Virus record (IMG/VR): IMGVR_UViG_3300032236_000207
Location: 1 to 62,845 of that record
Strand: one strand, 5' to 3'
From: a virus
Taxonomy: Duplodnaviria; Caudoviricetes
DNA: 62,845 nt
This document shows positions 1 to 10,000 of this stretch, piece after piece (within the stretch, counting starts at the first letter, position 1; each line of letters starts with the position of its first letter). The notes under the pieces are model-generated. The model did not search any database and was not told where the DNA came from. It was given only the letters and a program-made list of their open reading frames with translations. Made by a program: the position numbers and the translations under genes.

Positions 1-120
1 GATACGGTGAGAGATGCAATTTCGGGGGAACTCAGAAGCGCTTTGACGGCTACCATACTTTACGACTATCAACTTGAAACCAGAATAAAAGACGTAGTCA
101 AAAACCAAATGAGCAAATAG
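1..120 (+). CDS. Partial hypothetical protein (5' truncated)
   Basis: Frame 1 is open from base 1 to TAG at 118-120, followed directly by the RBS of the next gene. Confidence 0.5.
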   Translation, partial: DTVRDAISGELRSALTATILYDYQLETRIKDVVKNQMSK

Positions 121-129
121 GAGTTAACA

Positions 130-477
130 ATGGGAAAGATGAAAGAACATATGGAAAATGAACAACTAGACGCCGCCCTCATTCTCGAGGGAGAACTAAA
201 GCGACGATGCAACGAAATTGTTGAGCGGGTCGTGGTCAACATGGTGGGCTCAATCATCCATGAGGAACTAAATAAGTACAAAGCCGAGATGATGTTAGAA
301 ATCAGCATAGCAATTGGCAAAAGTCTTAAGGTGGTAGAAAATGAGGAGCGCAAACCACTTTGGGAGGCAACCCCCGAGGAGTTTGGTTTGACCCACGAAG
401 AACTTAACACTCACAACATTGAAAAGGTGACCCATGCCGTACGTGAACAAACCCCGCCCCTACAAAAAGGAATATAA
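130..477 (+). CDS. Hypothetical protein
   Basis: 115 aa ORF, AGGAG RBS upstream, co-directional with neighbours. Confidence 0.65.
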   Translation: MGKMKEHMENEQLDAALILEGELKRRCNEIVERVVVNMVGSIIHEELNKYKAEMMLEISIAIGKSLKVVENEERKPLWEATPEEFGLTHEELNTHNIEKVTHAVREQTPPLQKGI

Positions 478-712
478 GCAACAAGTCGCCCGTGGCGAAC
501 ATGAAGCCCGCATGGACAGGCAACGTGCTCGAAACGAGATGGACAAGAAGGGAATTAACCGAGCCGGAAAAGACATCGACCACTCGATTCCCCTTAGCAA
601 AGGAGGCACAAACGCACCTAGTAACTTGAAGCTGAAAAGCCCAAGCGCTAACCGTTCGTTTAGCCGTAACTCAGACCACACCGTCAAGGTGAACAAACCG
701 AAGAAAAAATGA
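434..712 (+). CDS. Small HNH endonuclease-like protein
   Basis: DIDHSIPLSKGGTN...SNL...ANR beta-beta-alpha metal motif; typical position before the SNF2 helicase. Confidence 0.8.
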   Translation: MPYVNKPRPYKKEYKQQVARGEHEARMDRQRARNEMDKKGINRAGKDIDHSIPLSKGGTNAPSNLKLKSPSANRSFSRNSDHTVKVNKPKKK

Positions 713-918
713 GGCACGGTTTAAATTTAGAGCAAATGCAAACAGCTTGGATTGCTAGGTTTGGCACAGGTTGGGTAGATGGTTTGGATGTATGCGAGGA
801 TGATTTTTTCTTTTACCTTTTGGCCGATCTATCTCGACTTGATTCTCTAGATGTAAACCGACCAACCGAGCAATACAAAATTAAAGTAACACAATACAAA
901 ATTAAAGTACCACAATGA
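709..918 (+). CDS. Hypothetical protein
   Basis: 69 aa, ATGA overlaps with both neighbours. Confidence 0.55.
   Translation: MRHGLNLEQMQTAWIARFGTGWVDGLDVCEDDFFFYLLADLSRLDSLDVNRPTEQYKIKVTQYKIKVPQ
871..912 (+). repeat. 21-bp tandem duplication (QYKIKVT/QYKIKVP)
   Basis: CAATACAAAATTAAAGTAACA followed by CAATACAAAATTAAAGTACCA. Confidence 0.9.
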
Positions 919-2303
919 AACTATCAGAGTATGAGTGGCCCCGTCCCCACGGGTTCACCCCGTTCGATCATCAGAAGACAACATCAGAGTTTTTAGTTAA
1001 TAACCGCAAAGCGTTCTGCTTCAACGAGCAGGGCACAGGTAAAACGGCATCAGTCATATGGGCAGTTGATTACCTCATGCAGTTAGGGTTAGTGAAGCGA
1101 GTGTTAGTGATTTGTCCGCTGTCAATCATGAAGTCCGCATGGCAACAAGACTTGTTCAAGTTCGCCATTCACCGCACGGTGTCCGTTGCTTACGGGGCGG
1201 CAAAGAAGCGCAAGGAAATCGTCAACGCAGGTTCTGAGTTTGTCATCATCAATTTCGATGGTGTTGGCATCGTCAAGAAGGAACTCATGGATGGGGGCTT
1301 TGACCTCATCGTGGTTGACGAGGCGTCCGCCTACAAGAACAACAAGACCGAGCGTTGGAAAGACCTGCGCGACTTGACTAGAGTTATCAAGGGCTTATGG
1401 ATGCTGACTGGAACACCAGCAGCTCAGTCTCCTGTGGATGCTTTCGGATTGGCAAGGTTGGTTAACCCTACCGCTGTCCCTCTGTATGTGTCGCACTTCA
1501 AAGACCAAGTCATGTACAAGGTGAGCGACTTCCGTTGGATACCACGCCCCGAGGCCAAGCACATTGTGCACAAGGCACTGCAACCCGCAATTAGGTTTGA
1601 GAAGAAAGACTGCTTAGACCTACCGCCCGTAACCTTTGTAGACCGTGATGCCCCGCTGACACCACAACAGTTGGCGTACTACAAGAAGCTAAAGCAAGAG
1701 ATGCTGATTGAGGCCGACGGTGAAGAAATCTCCGCAGTCAATGCCGCAGTGAAAATCAACAAGCTATTGCAGATATCCGGTGGTGCGGTTTATACCGACG
1801 CAGGTGAAGTCTTAGAGTTCGATGTGTCAAGCCGACTCAAGGTGGTGCACGAGGTAGTTGAGGAGACTAGCAATAAAGTATTGGTGTTCGTACCGTTCAC
1901 GCATACGATTGAATTGCTAGAGAAGTACTTGACCAAGCATGGCATAGCAAGCGAAGTCATCAACGGAAGCGTGAGCGTCAACAAGCGCACAGACATAGTT
2001 ACGCACTTCCAAAACAATCCGCAACCAAAAGTCCTAATCATTCAGCCTCAGGCCGCATCCCACGGACTTACCCTTACTGCCGCCGACACAATCATCTGGT
2101 ACGCTCCGTGTACTAGTGTAGAAACATACCTCCAAGCCAACGCTCGCATTGACAGGCCCGGCCAAGTTAATGCCATGACTATCGTCCACCTCAGTGGTAG
2201 TCAAGTTGAGCGCAGGATGTATTCCCTACTACGGGGTAACGTAGCAAACCACAGCGAGATTATTGACCTGTACAAACAAGAAATTATTTCTGAAGGTACT
2301 TGA
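915..2303 (+). CDS. SNF2-family (superfamily 2) helicase
   Basis: QGTGKT Walker A, VVDEAS motif II, LTGTP motif III, HGLTL and QANARIDRPGQ motifs V/VI. Confidence 0.93.
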   Translation: MKLSEYEWPRPHGFTPFDHQKTTSEFLVNNRKAFCFNEQGTGKTASVIWAVDYLMQLGLVKRVLVICPLSIMKSAWQQDLFKFAIHRTVSVAYGAAKKRKEIVNAGSEFVIINFDGVGIVKKELMDGGFDLIVVDEASAYKNNKTERWKDLRDLTRVIKGLWMLTGTPAAQSPVDAFGLARLVNPTAVPLYVSHFKDQVMYKVSDFRWIPRPEAKHIVHKALQPAIRFEKKDCLDLPPVTFVDRDAPLTPQQLAYYKKLKQEMLIEADGEEISAVNAAVKINKLLQISGGAVYTDAGEVLEFDVSSRLKVVHEVVEETSNKVLVFVPFTHTIELLEKYLTKHGIASEVINGSVSVNKRTDIVTHFQNNPQPKVLIIQPQAASHGLTLTAADTIIWYAPCTSVETYLQANARIDRPGQVNAMTIVHLSGSQVERRMYSLLRGNVANHSEIIDLYKQEIISEGT

Positions 2304-2327
2304 CAATGTCAAATGTTGTGATACACT
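2300..2327 (+). promoter_or_regulatory. Sigma70-type promoter with TTGAC-N3-GTCAA palindrome over the -35 box
   Basis: TTGACA-16 nt-TACACT; near-identical copy at 61147. Confidence 0.6.
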
Positions 2328-2356
2328 GACCAACCAAAAACAAAATGGAGCTAACG

Positions 2357-2794
2357 ATGGACGCAGAAGTTCAGGACGAAGTCACCCCCGTCCGACCCGA
2401 CATACCCCTAGACAAACTCACGATGATTTACATCAAGATTCGTGATGCGCGTGATGCACTCACCGCAAAATACAAAGCCGACCACGCAGAGTTAGAAGAA
2501 CAACTCACAGTGATTGAGCAACAGATGCTAGAGACCTGCAAAGAGCAAGGCGCTGATAGCATACGCACCCCACATGGCACGATCGTTCGTTCAGTTAAGT
2601 CACGGTACTGGACTAACGATTGGGATTCTATGTACGCCTTCATCGAAGAAGTTGGCGACTTTGGCCTGTTAGAGAAGAGACTTCATCAGACACACATGAA
2701 AGAGTTTCTTGCAGAGAATCCAGACATTTATCCGAAAGGACTCAATGTCGAAAATGAATTTACCGTGGTAGTTAGACGTTCAAAGGAAAAATGA
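2357..2794 (+). CDS. Conserved replication-cluster hypothetical protein
   Basis: Coiled-coil N-half; GGAG RBS before ATG 2357 (alternative start 2345). Confidence 0.75.
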   Translation: MDAEVQDEVTPVRPDIPLDKLTMIYIKIRDARDALTAKYKADHAELEEQLTVIEQQMLETCKEQGADSIRTPHGTIVRSVKSRYWTNDWDSMYAFIEEVGDFGLLEKRLHQTHMKEFLAENPDIYPKGLNVENEFTVVVRRSKEK

Positions 2795-2795
2795 G

Positions 2796-3695
2796 ATGAG
2801 TGACTTAACACTTTTAAACCAAGACCTCCCCGACTTTTTGCAAACAGCAGGAGTTAGCGAGCTTACAAAACAATTAGCTGGTCGTACTGGCGTCAAGCGC
2901 ATCGTGCCTAAAAACGGAATCTTCCGTAAGACGGTCGGTGGTGAGGAAATGGGCAAGGTCAAAGGTAACTTAAATGTTATCGTGGTCAGTGCATCTCCCA
3001 AAGTTGGACGTATCTTCTACGCTAAGCAGTGGACACCCGAAGCGGAGCCATCTGCACCCGATTGTTTTTCTAACGACGGCCAAGCGCCCGACGCAAGTTC
3101 AGCCAACCCACAAGCAGCCCGTTGCGATTCATGCGATCAGAACATCAAAGGTTCCGGTCAAGGTAACTCTAAGGCTTGCCGTTACTCACGTCGTATTGCC
3201 GTGGTGTTGGAAGAGGACTTTGGTTCTTCACTCGAGGGCGAGGTTTATCAAATGAACTTGGCATCTAAGTCTTTGTTTGGCGAAAGCGTTGGCGACAACA
3301 CCCACCCATTCGAGAGCTACACCAAGTATTTGGCTAACAACGGCAAGAGCTTGGACTATGTCGTTACACAGTTGAGCTTCAACGAAGACAACGACAACCA
3401 GTCTATTCTGTTTACGCCGACACGTTTCATCAACAAAGGTGAGTACGCAGTAACTAGCAAAGTTGCAGCTAAGCCCGAAGTGCAGAAGATGGTCATCATG
3501 ACTCCATACCAAGCCGACGCTGCTGGCAAACCTAAACTCGAGGCACCCAAGCCCGTAGTGAAGGCAACCCCTGTGACTGAGGATGATGCAGTCGAGGAGC
3601 CAAAGAAGCGTGAGTCTAAGAAGGCCGAAGCACCGACACCTACACCCAAGAAGAGCTTGGACTCCGTAGTTGCGGCTTGGACTGACGAGGAGTAA
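2796..3695 (+). CDS. Putative ssDNA-binding/annealing protein
   Basis: Cys cluster (C..CDSC..C), Pro/Lys-rich linker, acidic-aromatic tail (WTDEE); lies between helicase and primase. Confidence 0.6.
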   Translation: MSDLTLLNQDLPDFLQTAGVSELTKQLAGRTGVKRIVPKNGIFRKTVGGEEMGKVKGNLNVIVVSASPKVGRIFYAKQWTPEAEPSAPDCFSNDGQAPDASSANPQAARCDSCDQNIKGSGQGNSKACRYSRRIAVVLEEDFGSSLEGEVYQMNLASKSLFGESVGDNTHPFESYTKYLANNGKSLDYVVTQLSFNEDNDNQSILFTPTRFINKGEYAVTSKVAAKPEVQKMVIMTPYQADAAGKPKLEAPKPVVKATPVTEDDAVEEPKKRESKKAEAPTPTPKKSLDSVVAAWTDEE

Positions 3696-3697
3696 AC

Positions 3698-3946
3698 GTG
3701 GCAGGCTACAGCTTAAATTTGGTCTTGGCTAACAAAGCCGCAGATTCAAAACATGTGGGTGTAGCTTTAGGTCGTATTTGTATCAAAGCTGGCGTTGCAG
3801 TTTCCCTCGTAGCATGGAAATTCGGCGTCAGCCGTCAGACGGTTTACAACTGGTTCGAAGGGCGGGTAACTCCAAACAATCGAATGGTTGGACCTATCAA
3901 AGAATACACCGCGACCTTAAAGCAAGAATACAAAAATGGCATTTGA
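3698..3946 (+). CDS. Cro/XRE-like helix-turn-helix protein
   Basis: VSLVAWKFGVSRQTVYNWFEG HTH signature. Confidence 0.8.
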   Translation: MAGYSLNLVLANKAADSKHVGVALGRICIKAGVAVSLVAWKFGVSRQTVYNWFEGRVTPNNRMVGPIKEYTATLKQEYKNGI

Positions 3947-6785
3947 TCTACTCGACACCGTGCTCCCACCGGAGGGACGGTACTGTGTAATCGGAATCGA
4001 GAATAAAGAACCCGATCAAAGATTTGCGGATACGAGAGAAGAAGCTGAAGAACTAATCCAAGACTTTGTTAGTCAAAAGATTGATGCCTACTTTGCCTGT
4101 GCCAAATTTGGTCCGGCGAACAATAGGACTCATGAAAACGCACTGTACTTCCGCGCATTGTGGATGGACATTGACTGCGGCCCTACCAAGGGTGTGCCTA
4201 ACGCTAAGGGAAAGATTGAGGGCTATCTAGATCAAGAGATCGGGATGGCAGAGTTTCAGAAGTTCTGCAAAACCGTTGGATTACATAGACCCATACTGGT
4301 GAACTCCGGCAACGGGATTCACGCTTACTGGTTGTTTGACCGCACGCTCACTCGTAAAGAGTGGACACCGCTGGCTAAGCGACTAAAAGCCCTGTGCAAA
4401 GAACACAACTTGATCGTTGATGGGTCGGTGTTTGAAGCATCGCGTGTGTTGCGCCCGATGAACTCGGCTAACTTTAAGAACAAGGATGACCCTAAACCCG
4501 TCACCATTCTTAACGAGCACACTAAGCCTCTGTCGTATGAAGCCTTCAAGGAACTACTCGGCGCCCCTGAGCCCGAGGAAGAACCAGATTTTGTGCCGAG
4601 AGCGATGAGCCCAATGATGGAAGCATTGATGGGCAACAAGGTCAAGAAGTTCAAGACCATCATGATGCTTGGCGAGAAAGGTTGCGCGCAGTTGAATTAC
4701 TGCTACGAGAACCAAGCCGAGTTGAGTGAACCACTGTGGATGTCGGCACTCTCCATACCTGCGTTCTGCGTAGATGGAGATAAAGCTGCCCACAAGATGT
4801 CAGAGAAGCACCCCGAGTATGACCCGTCAGAGGTCAACGGGAAATTAAGAAACATAAGAAAGAACGGTGGACCACACCACTGCGACACATTTGAGGAGCG
4901 AAATCCCGGAGGTTGTGAGGGTTGTCCTCACCGTGGCAAGTTCAAATCCCCCATCGTATTGGGCGTGGAGATTGAGCAAGCGACCGAAGAAGACAACGAA
5001 GTAGAAGTTGAAACCGACGAAGGTACCACCAAGTACCAAATACCCGAGTATCCGTTTCCGTTCTTCCGTGGGAAGAAAGGTGGCATCTATGTCAAGCCAC
5101 AGCAAGAGGATGAAGAAGGCGAGCCAAAGCTAGTCTATGAGCATGACCTCTACGTGATTAAGCGGATGCGGGACAAAGAGCTAGGAGAGATGGCGCTGTT
5201 TAGGCATCACCTACCGCACGACGGTATGAAAGAGTTTGCTATTACGACGGCATCCATATCTTCTAAAGACGAGCTGCGCAAGCAACTTGCACAACAGGGA
5301 GTGATGGCACACCACAAGCAGTATGAAAACCTTGCCACGTATGTCGTTACGTCAGTCAAAAATTTACAGTACACAAAGAAAGCAGAGCTAATGAGAACAC
5401 AATTCGGATGGGTAGATGGGGATAGTAAATTTATTATGGGTGACAAAGAGATCACCAAAGACGGCACGTTCTACAGCCCGCCGTCATCAACAACAGACTT
5501 CTTTGCCGAGAAGATTCATACCAAAGGCGACATGGAGAAGTGGAAAGAAGTATTTAATCTGTATGCAAAGCCCGGAATGGAGCCCCATGCATTTGCCGCT
5601 CTTACGGCATTCGGCGCCCCGTTGTTTAAGTTCACAGGCTTGAAGGGCGCAATCATCAACGTTATTTATGAGCAGGCCGGATCAGGAAAATCAACCATCC
5701 TGCGCATGTGTAACAGCGTCTACGGTATGCCTTATGAACTTATGGCTATCGAAAAAGATACGTTAAACGCCAAGATGCAACAACTGGGTGTGATGAACAA
5801 CCTGCCCAATACGATTGACGAAATCACCAACATGCTGCCCAAGGAGTTCTCCGACTTGGCATACGGTATCAGTCAAGGCCGAGGCAAACACCGCGTCAAG
5901 GGTTCAGAGAACGCACTGCGCGTTAACAATACTTCTTGGCAGAACATGACCTTGGCATCGGCTAACGCAGCCTTCCACGAAAAATTGCTCATGCTCAAGA
6001 GCTCGCCAGATGGTGAGTCCGTGCGTCTACTAGAGTACAAGATTGAGCCTAACGACTTAATCGGCATGGCTTATGGCAAGGAGATGTTTGACCATCAGCT
6101 CAACGAAAACTACGGCCACGCTGGTGAAATCTACCTCAGTTGGTTAGTCAACAATTTGGAGTCGGCTAAGTCTGACTACAAGATGATTCAAGCCAAGATC
6201 GACAAAGATGTGCAGTTCACATCACGTGAGCGGTTCTGGTCTGCTGTCTGCGCCACCATCATTACTGGCGGTCTGATTGCTAAGAACCTTGGTCTGCACG
6301 ACTACGACATGAAAGCCATCTACCAGTGGATGAAGAAGATGCTGTCTGAAATGCGTGTTGACATCAAGCCGCCGACCGACTCACCTGTCACGGCTCTTGG
6401 TGAGTTTGTAAATGCTCACTTAGCTTTGAACACACTGGTTGTCAACGGTGAGGTTGATGCACGTACGAGTATGCAGTCTATGCCTACTATGGAACCGCGA
6501 GGGGAGCTATTGATACGCTACGAGCCAGATACCAAACACCTCTACGTGTCTGCAAAGCACTTCAAAGAGTTCTGCGTCAAGCAACAAATTAACTACAAAG
6601 GGCTGCTTAAAGCCCTGACCGACCAGCAGATTCTGTTGGAGACCGTTAACAAGCGTATGTCTAAGGGCATGAAGCTGTCGTCACCAGTGGTGCGTACATT
6701 AAAGTTTGACGCTGGCAAATCTGAATTCCTACAACTTGACACAATGGCTGCAGATGAAGATCGAGACAGTGTCGTATCAGATTGA
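3936..6785 (+). CDS. Primase-helicase fusion (primase-like N-term, DUF927-like/P-loop C-term)
   Basis: WMDID and NSGNGIHAYW primase-type motifs, Cys cluster HC..CEGCPH, GSGKST Walker A, TIDE Walker B. Confidence 0.8.
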   Translation: MAFDLLDTVLPPEGRYCVIGIENKEPDQRFADTREEAEELIQDFVSQKIDAYFACAKFGPANNRTHENALYFRALWMDIDCGPTKGVPNAKGKIEGYLDQEIGMAEFQKFCKTVGLHRPILVNSGNGIHAYWLFDRTLTRKEWTPLAKRLKALCKEHNLIVDGSVFEASRVLRPMNSANFKNKDDPKPVTILNEHTKPLSYEAFKELLGAPEPEEEPDFVPRAMSPMMEALMGNKVKKFKTIMMLGEKGCAQLNYCYENQAELSEPLWMSALSIPAFCVDGDKAAHKMSEKHPEYDPSEVNGKLRNIRKNGGPHHCDTFEERNPGGCEGCPHRGKFKSPIVLGVEIEQATEEDNEVEVETDEGTTKYQIPEYPFPFFRGKKGGIYVKPQQEDEEGEPKLVYEHDLYVIKRMRDKELGEMALFRHHLPHDGMKEFAITTASISSKDELRKQLAQQGVMAHHKQYENLATYVVTSVKNLQYTKKAELMRTQFGWVDGDSKFIMGDKEITKDGTFYSPPSSTTDFFAEKIHTKGDMEKWKEVFNLYAKPGMEPHAFAALTAFGAPLFKFTGLKGAIINVIYEQAGSGKSTILRMCNSVYGMPYELMAIEKDTLNAKMQQLGVMNNLPNTIDEITNMLPKEFSDLAYGISQGRGKHRVKGSENALRVNNTSWQNMTLASANAAFHEKLLMLKSSPDGESVRLLEYKIEPNDLIGMAYGKEMFDHQLNENYGHAGEIYLSWLVNNLESAKSDYKMIQAKIDKDVQFTSRERFWSAVCATIITGGLIAKNLGLHDYDMKAIYQWMKKMLSEMRVDIKPPTDSPVTALGEFVNAHLALNTLVVNGEVDARTSMQSMPTMEPRGELLIRYEPDTKHLYVSAKHFKEFCVKQQINYKGLLKALTDQQILLETVNKRMSKGMKLSSPVVRTLKFDAGKSEFLQLDTMAADEDRDSVVSD

Positions 6786-6948
6786 GTGGAAAAAGTTCCG
6801 CAAGGGGTACAGCTTCTTTGTACCCTGCATAGATGAAAAAGCCGCACGGGAAGAGCTAAACCGTGTGGCTAAAAGATTAAAGATGGATATTGTTACAAAA
6901 GTAGTGTTGCTAGACGGCATCAAGGGACTGCGCGTTTGGCGTGTTTGA
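6754..6948 (+). CDS. Small hypothetical, possibly DNA-binding protein
   Basis: SFFVPC...GLRVWRV; overlaps the primase stop. Confidence 0.6.
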   Translation: MKIETVSYQIEWKKFRKGYSFFVPCIDEKAAREELNRVAKRLKMDIVTKVVLLDGIKGLRVWRV

Positions 6949-6997
6949 TGTAGACTAGCGTTGATTTCTGTAGGATGTTAGCTCCATCCCTCCCTTA

Positions 6998-7020
6998 CCC
7001 CGCTTCGGCGGGGATTTTTT
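6998..7020 (+). terminator. Rho-independent terminator between convergent operons
   Basis: CCCCGC-TTCG-GCGGGG followed by T tract. Confidence 0.85.
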
Positions 7021-10000
7021 ATTGCCGTTTCTTTTCCGCAGTTTCTTTTTGACGCTCGCGCATAGGTTTGCGGGATTCGACCAGAGCATCGCCAAAGATT
7101 GCCATGTTCTTTTCGGTCGGAATCACTCCAACGTAAGCCTTGCCACGTGCTTCTTGTTTTTTCTCTAAAGAATTTGCAAGGTCTTCGGGCTCAATACGGT
7201 ACGAAGGAAAGCCTCTATTGAAGTCCTTCATGTCATTGTGCGCTTCACGATACTTTGAAAAGTCTTTGTTGCGCAGGGCTACGTCCATACGTTTTAAGAT
7301 TTGAGAGCGCTCGTTGTCGATACGGTTTTCGATCGAAGCAAACCTAAAGTTCTTCTCTAAAACATCCGCACTTATGGCTGGACGGAAGCCAATCATCTGA
7401 CCAAACAGCTCCCCAGTTTTAATTGAGTCGGGATGCATAATCTGTGCGCCACGGTAATCTTTAATACCTTCTTCGCGCATACGATCAAATATAAGTTTGT
7501 TGCGCAGAATTGCTGGGGCTAATTTCTCTGTAGCTTTCCTAGTATCACCAAGTTTCCACGCGTCGTGTGCGTCGGCAAGACTTAAGATCATGCTTGCAGT
7601 TGGACCACCATGACTCATAGCCCAAGCAGTCACGCCTTCTCTAGTAGTCTTTGTTTCTTTAGTGTCTCGGCCCCAAGGGTTATCAAGACTTAACTTAGAA
7701 GCAAAGTCTAGTCCGGTCAGCTTGTTAAGTGGCCCATGTTCTACGAGAAGCGCTCCCCCAGTACCCAATTGCTCGGGTAAAAATTTAGTGCGGAACCACA
7801 GATCAAAGTTGATCGACTTAAGGTCTTCTGGCCAGTCTGGGTCTTTACCAAACTCTTTCCATGCCCAGCCAAGTAAACCCATAACTGCGCTATAGAAAGG
7901 TACGCCTGTTATGCCTGCAACAGAAGCTGAGGTACCTAAGATGCCAAAGAACTTAATTGCTGCTTCGCGTTTACCTTCTTTATTGAGGAATGGAATCATC
8001 CGCTTAAAGTTAGTCAGGAGCAAAAGATAGGTGTGCAGGGGGAACATTTGGAACTGCAACAGAATCTTTCCGCCAGACTTCTGCATGAGAAGGGGACGAT
8101 TAGCCATGTCATAGTTACCGAGACATTCGTTTGTATCTGCTACTGCCTGCTCTACCGCACGATCAAAATCGCCGTGCTTTTCCATACCCAAACGGAACGA
8201 AGCGAGATAGATTGCCTCACGAGATAGACGCTCCATGTTGTGCATCAAACCACCGACAAGCACAGCTCCAAGGCGTTTACCTTTGCCATACACCGCAGGG
8301 ATATTGTCGATTACGCCACGCTCGGGATCAATATACAAATCTTCGGTCGGCGTTGACTTATACCCAAACACTTCCGATGCGTAGCTAGATGTAGTGACGC
8401 CTCGTTGTAGCATCATCTTTATTGCCTTGCGTTCGTCTGGCGATAAATCTTGATTGTTAGCAATACTTGGGGCTACATAAGATTTAGAACCATCGGCGTT
8501 CTGACGCACGACACCGTATTGGTTCATATACGTAACCATCTTGGCTAACTCTTTCGCCGCACCAGCACCGTGGTTTGCCGTGAGGATAGGAAGTCCAGTA
8601 ATGTATACGCTAAAAGGCTGAATTAAACCAGATGATGCGCCCGATAAATAGAAGAAAAACGAAGCTTTGTTGGCGGCACCAGCAAGCCCATCTAGAACTT
8701 GATCTACGGTGTCACCCTTACGCCCTGCGGTCAATACTGCATTTACTCGATTCTTAGCCGACTGAACAAACGGGTCGTACTCTGGGGTTGCCCGTATAGA
8801 ACTTTTAGCTTGAGACAGCGATGTGCGCAGCAAGGGAGCATACTTAATACGCGCAAGCTGAATAGACATCTTTGCGCCCGTAGTGTTTATGTTGCGCAAC
8901 AGGTCGGTGCTAAAGCCCTCGATACCTTTACGATGGATAAACTGATTACGGAACGACTGCTCAGGCATAGCCTGCAGATAAATTTGATAGATGGCGTCTT
9001 TCAACTCTTCGCGCGCATCCACATCCGTCAGGTCAGATGAATCAATGGCATTAAAGATTTGGCGCAGTAACGTGCTTTGCTCTTTGGAAGCCTCACGCAA
9101 TTCTGTAATGTTGTCGCCTCTACGTATTGTCTTAGTATCTAATGCTTCTCTGAATGTTTGATTTTTTGAAGCTGCGATAGATTTAGCAACCCTATCGCGT
9201 TGGCGCTTAGTCTCAAACATGAAGAATTGTTTCTTCTTACCCTCACCGACAGACAGCCAGAAGTCACCACGACGCACCAACGGGAAGTACGGCGAAATCT
9301 TTTCTTCGCCTTCGTAAATGGTACGGATAACGCTGAGCAAGTTTTTCTTGTCCGCGTCGGCGATGTTTAGGTGCTCAACTTGTTTATCCAGTAGGTCAGA
9401 ATAATAGTCAGTCATATTCTGATAGTAGTACTTGAGCATTTTGTAGATACGTTGGCCGTCCGCACCTAGCTCGTTGTACATACGAGTTAACTCTGGGTCG
9501 CTCTTAGCTGCGTTGGGGTCGGACGGGTCTATCTCAGCTAGAGTAGAGGTATAAACCACATTCTCTAGTTTTCTTCTAAGCGTCCTATCTTTCTTGTACG
9601 CATCTAAGATGGTCTCAGACATTTCGCCGACTTTAGCCAGCAGGTTCTGAGACATACCACCCATTTCCCCTAACAACTTAGTAGTGTTTTTTAACTCGGG
9701 TACGGTATCTTTTGTCCACTCGGCAAGGAAATCGAACGTAGGTATGCCTGCAAGAGCAACCCTAGTTTTATCGTCTGCAAACTCAAATGCTTCCTTGACA
9801 ATAGGAATAATTTGCTTAGGGTCTTTTACAGCGTGCAATAGACCAATCGAATCACCGAGTTCTTGTGTAGTACGTGAGCGTTCCGTTTTGGCAAGCGCAT
9901 CGGCAACGGCTTTTCTAATTTGTTTTTGCGCTGCTTCGGCTTCTTTTTCCGCCTCAGTTTTGGGCATGACCGATAGCGAGCGTTTACCAGTCTCAGCAAA

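Noticed and set aside
434-712. HNH gene as part of an intron or mobile element
   Set aside because: No interrupted host gene or intron core; translationally coupled within the operon
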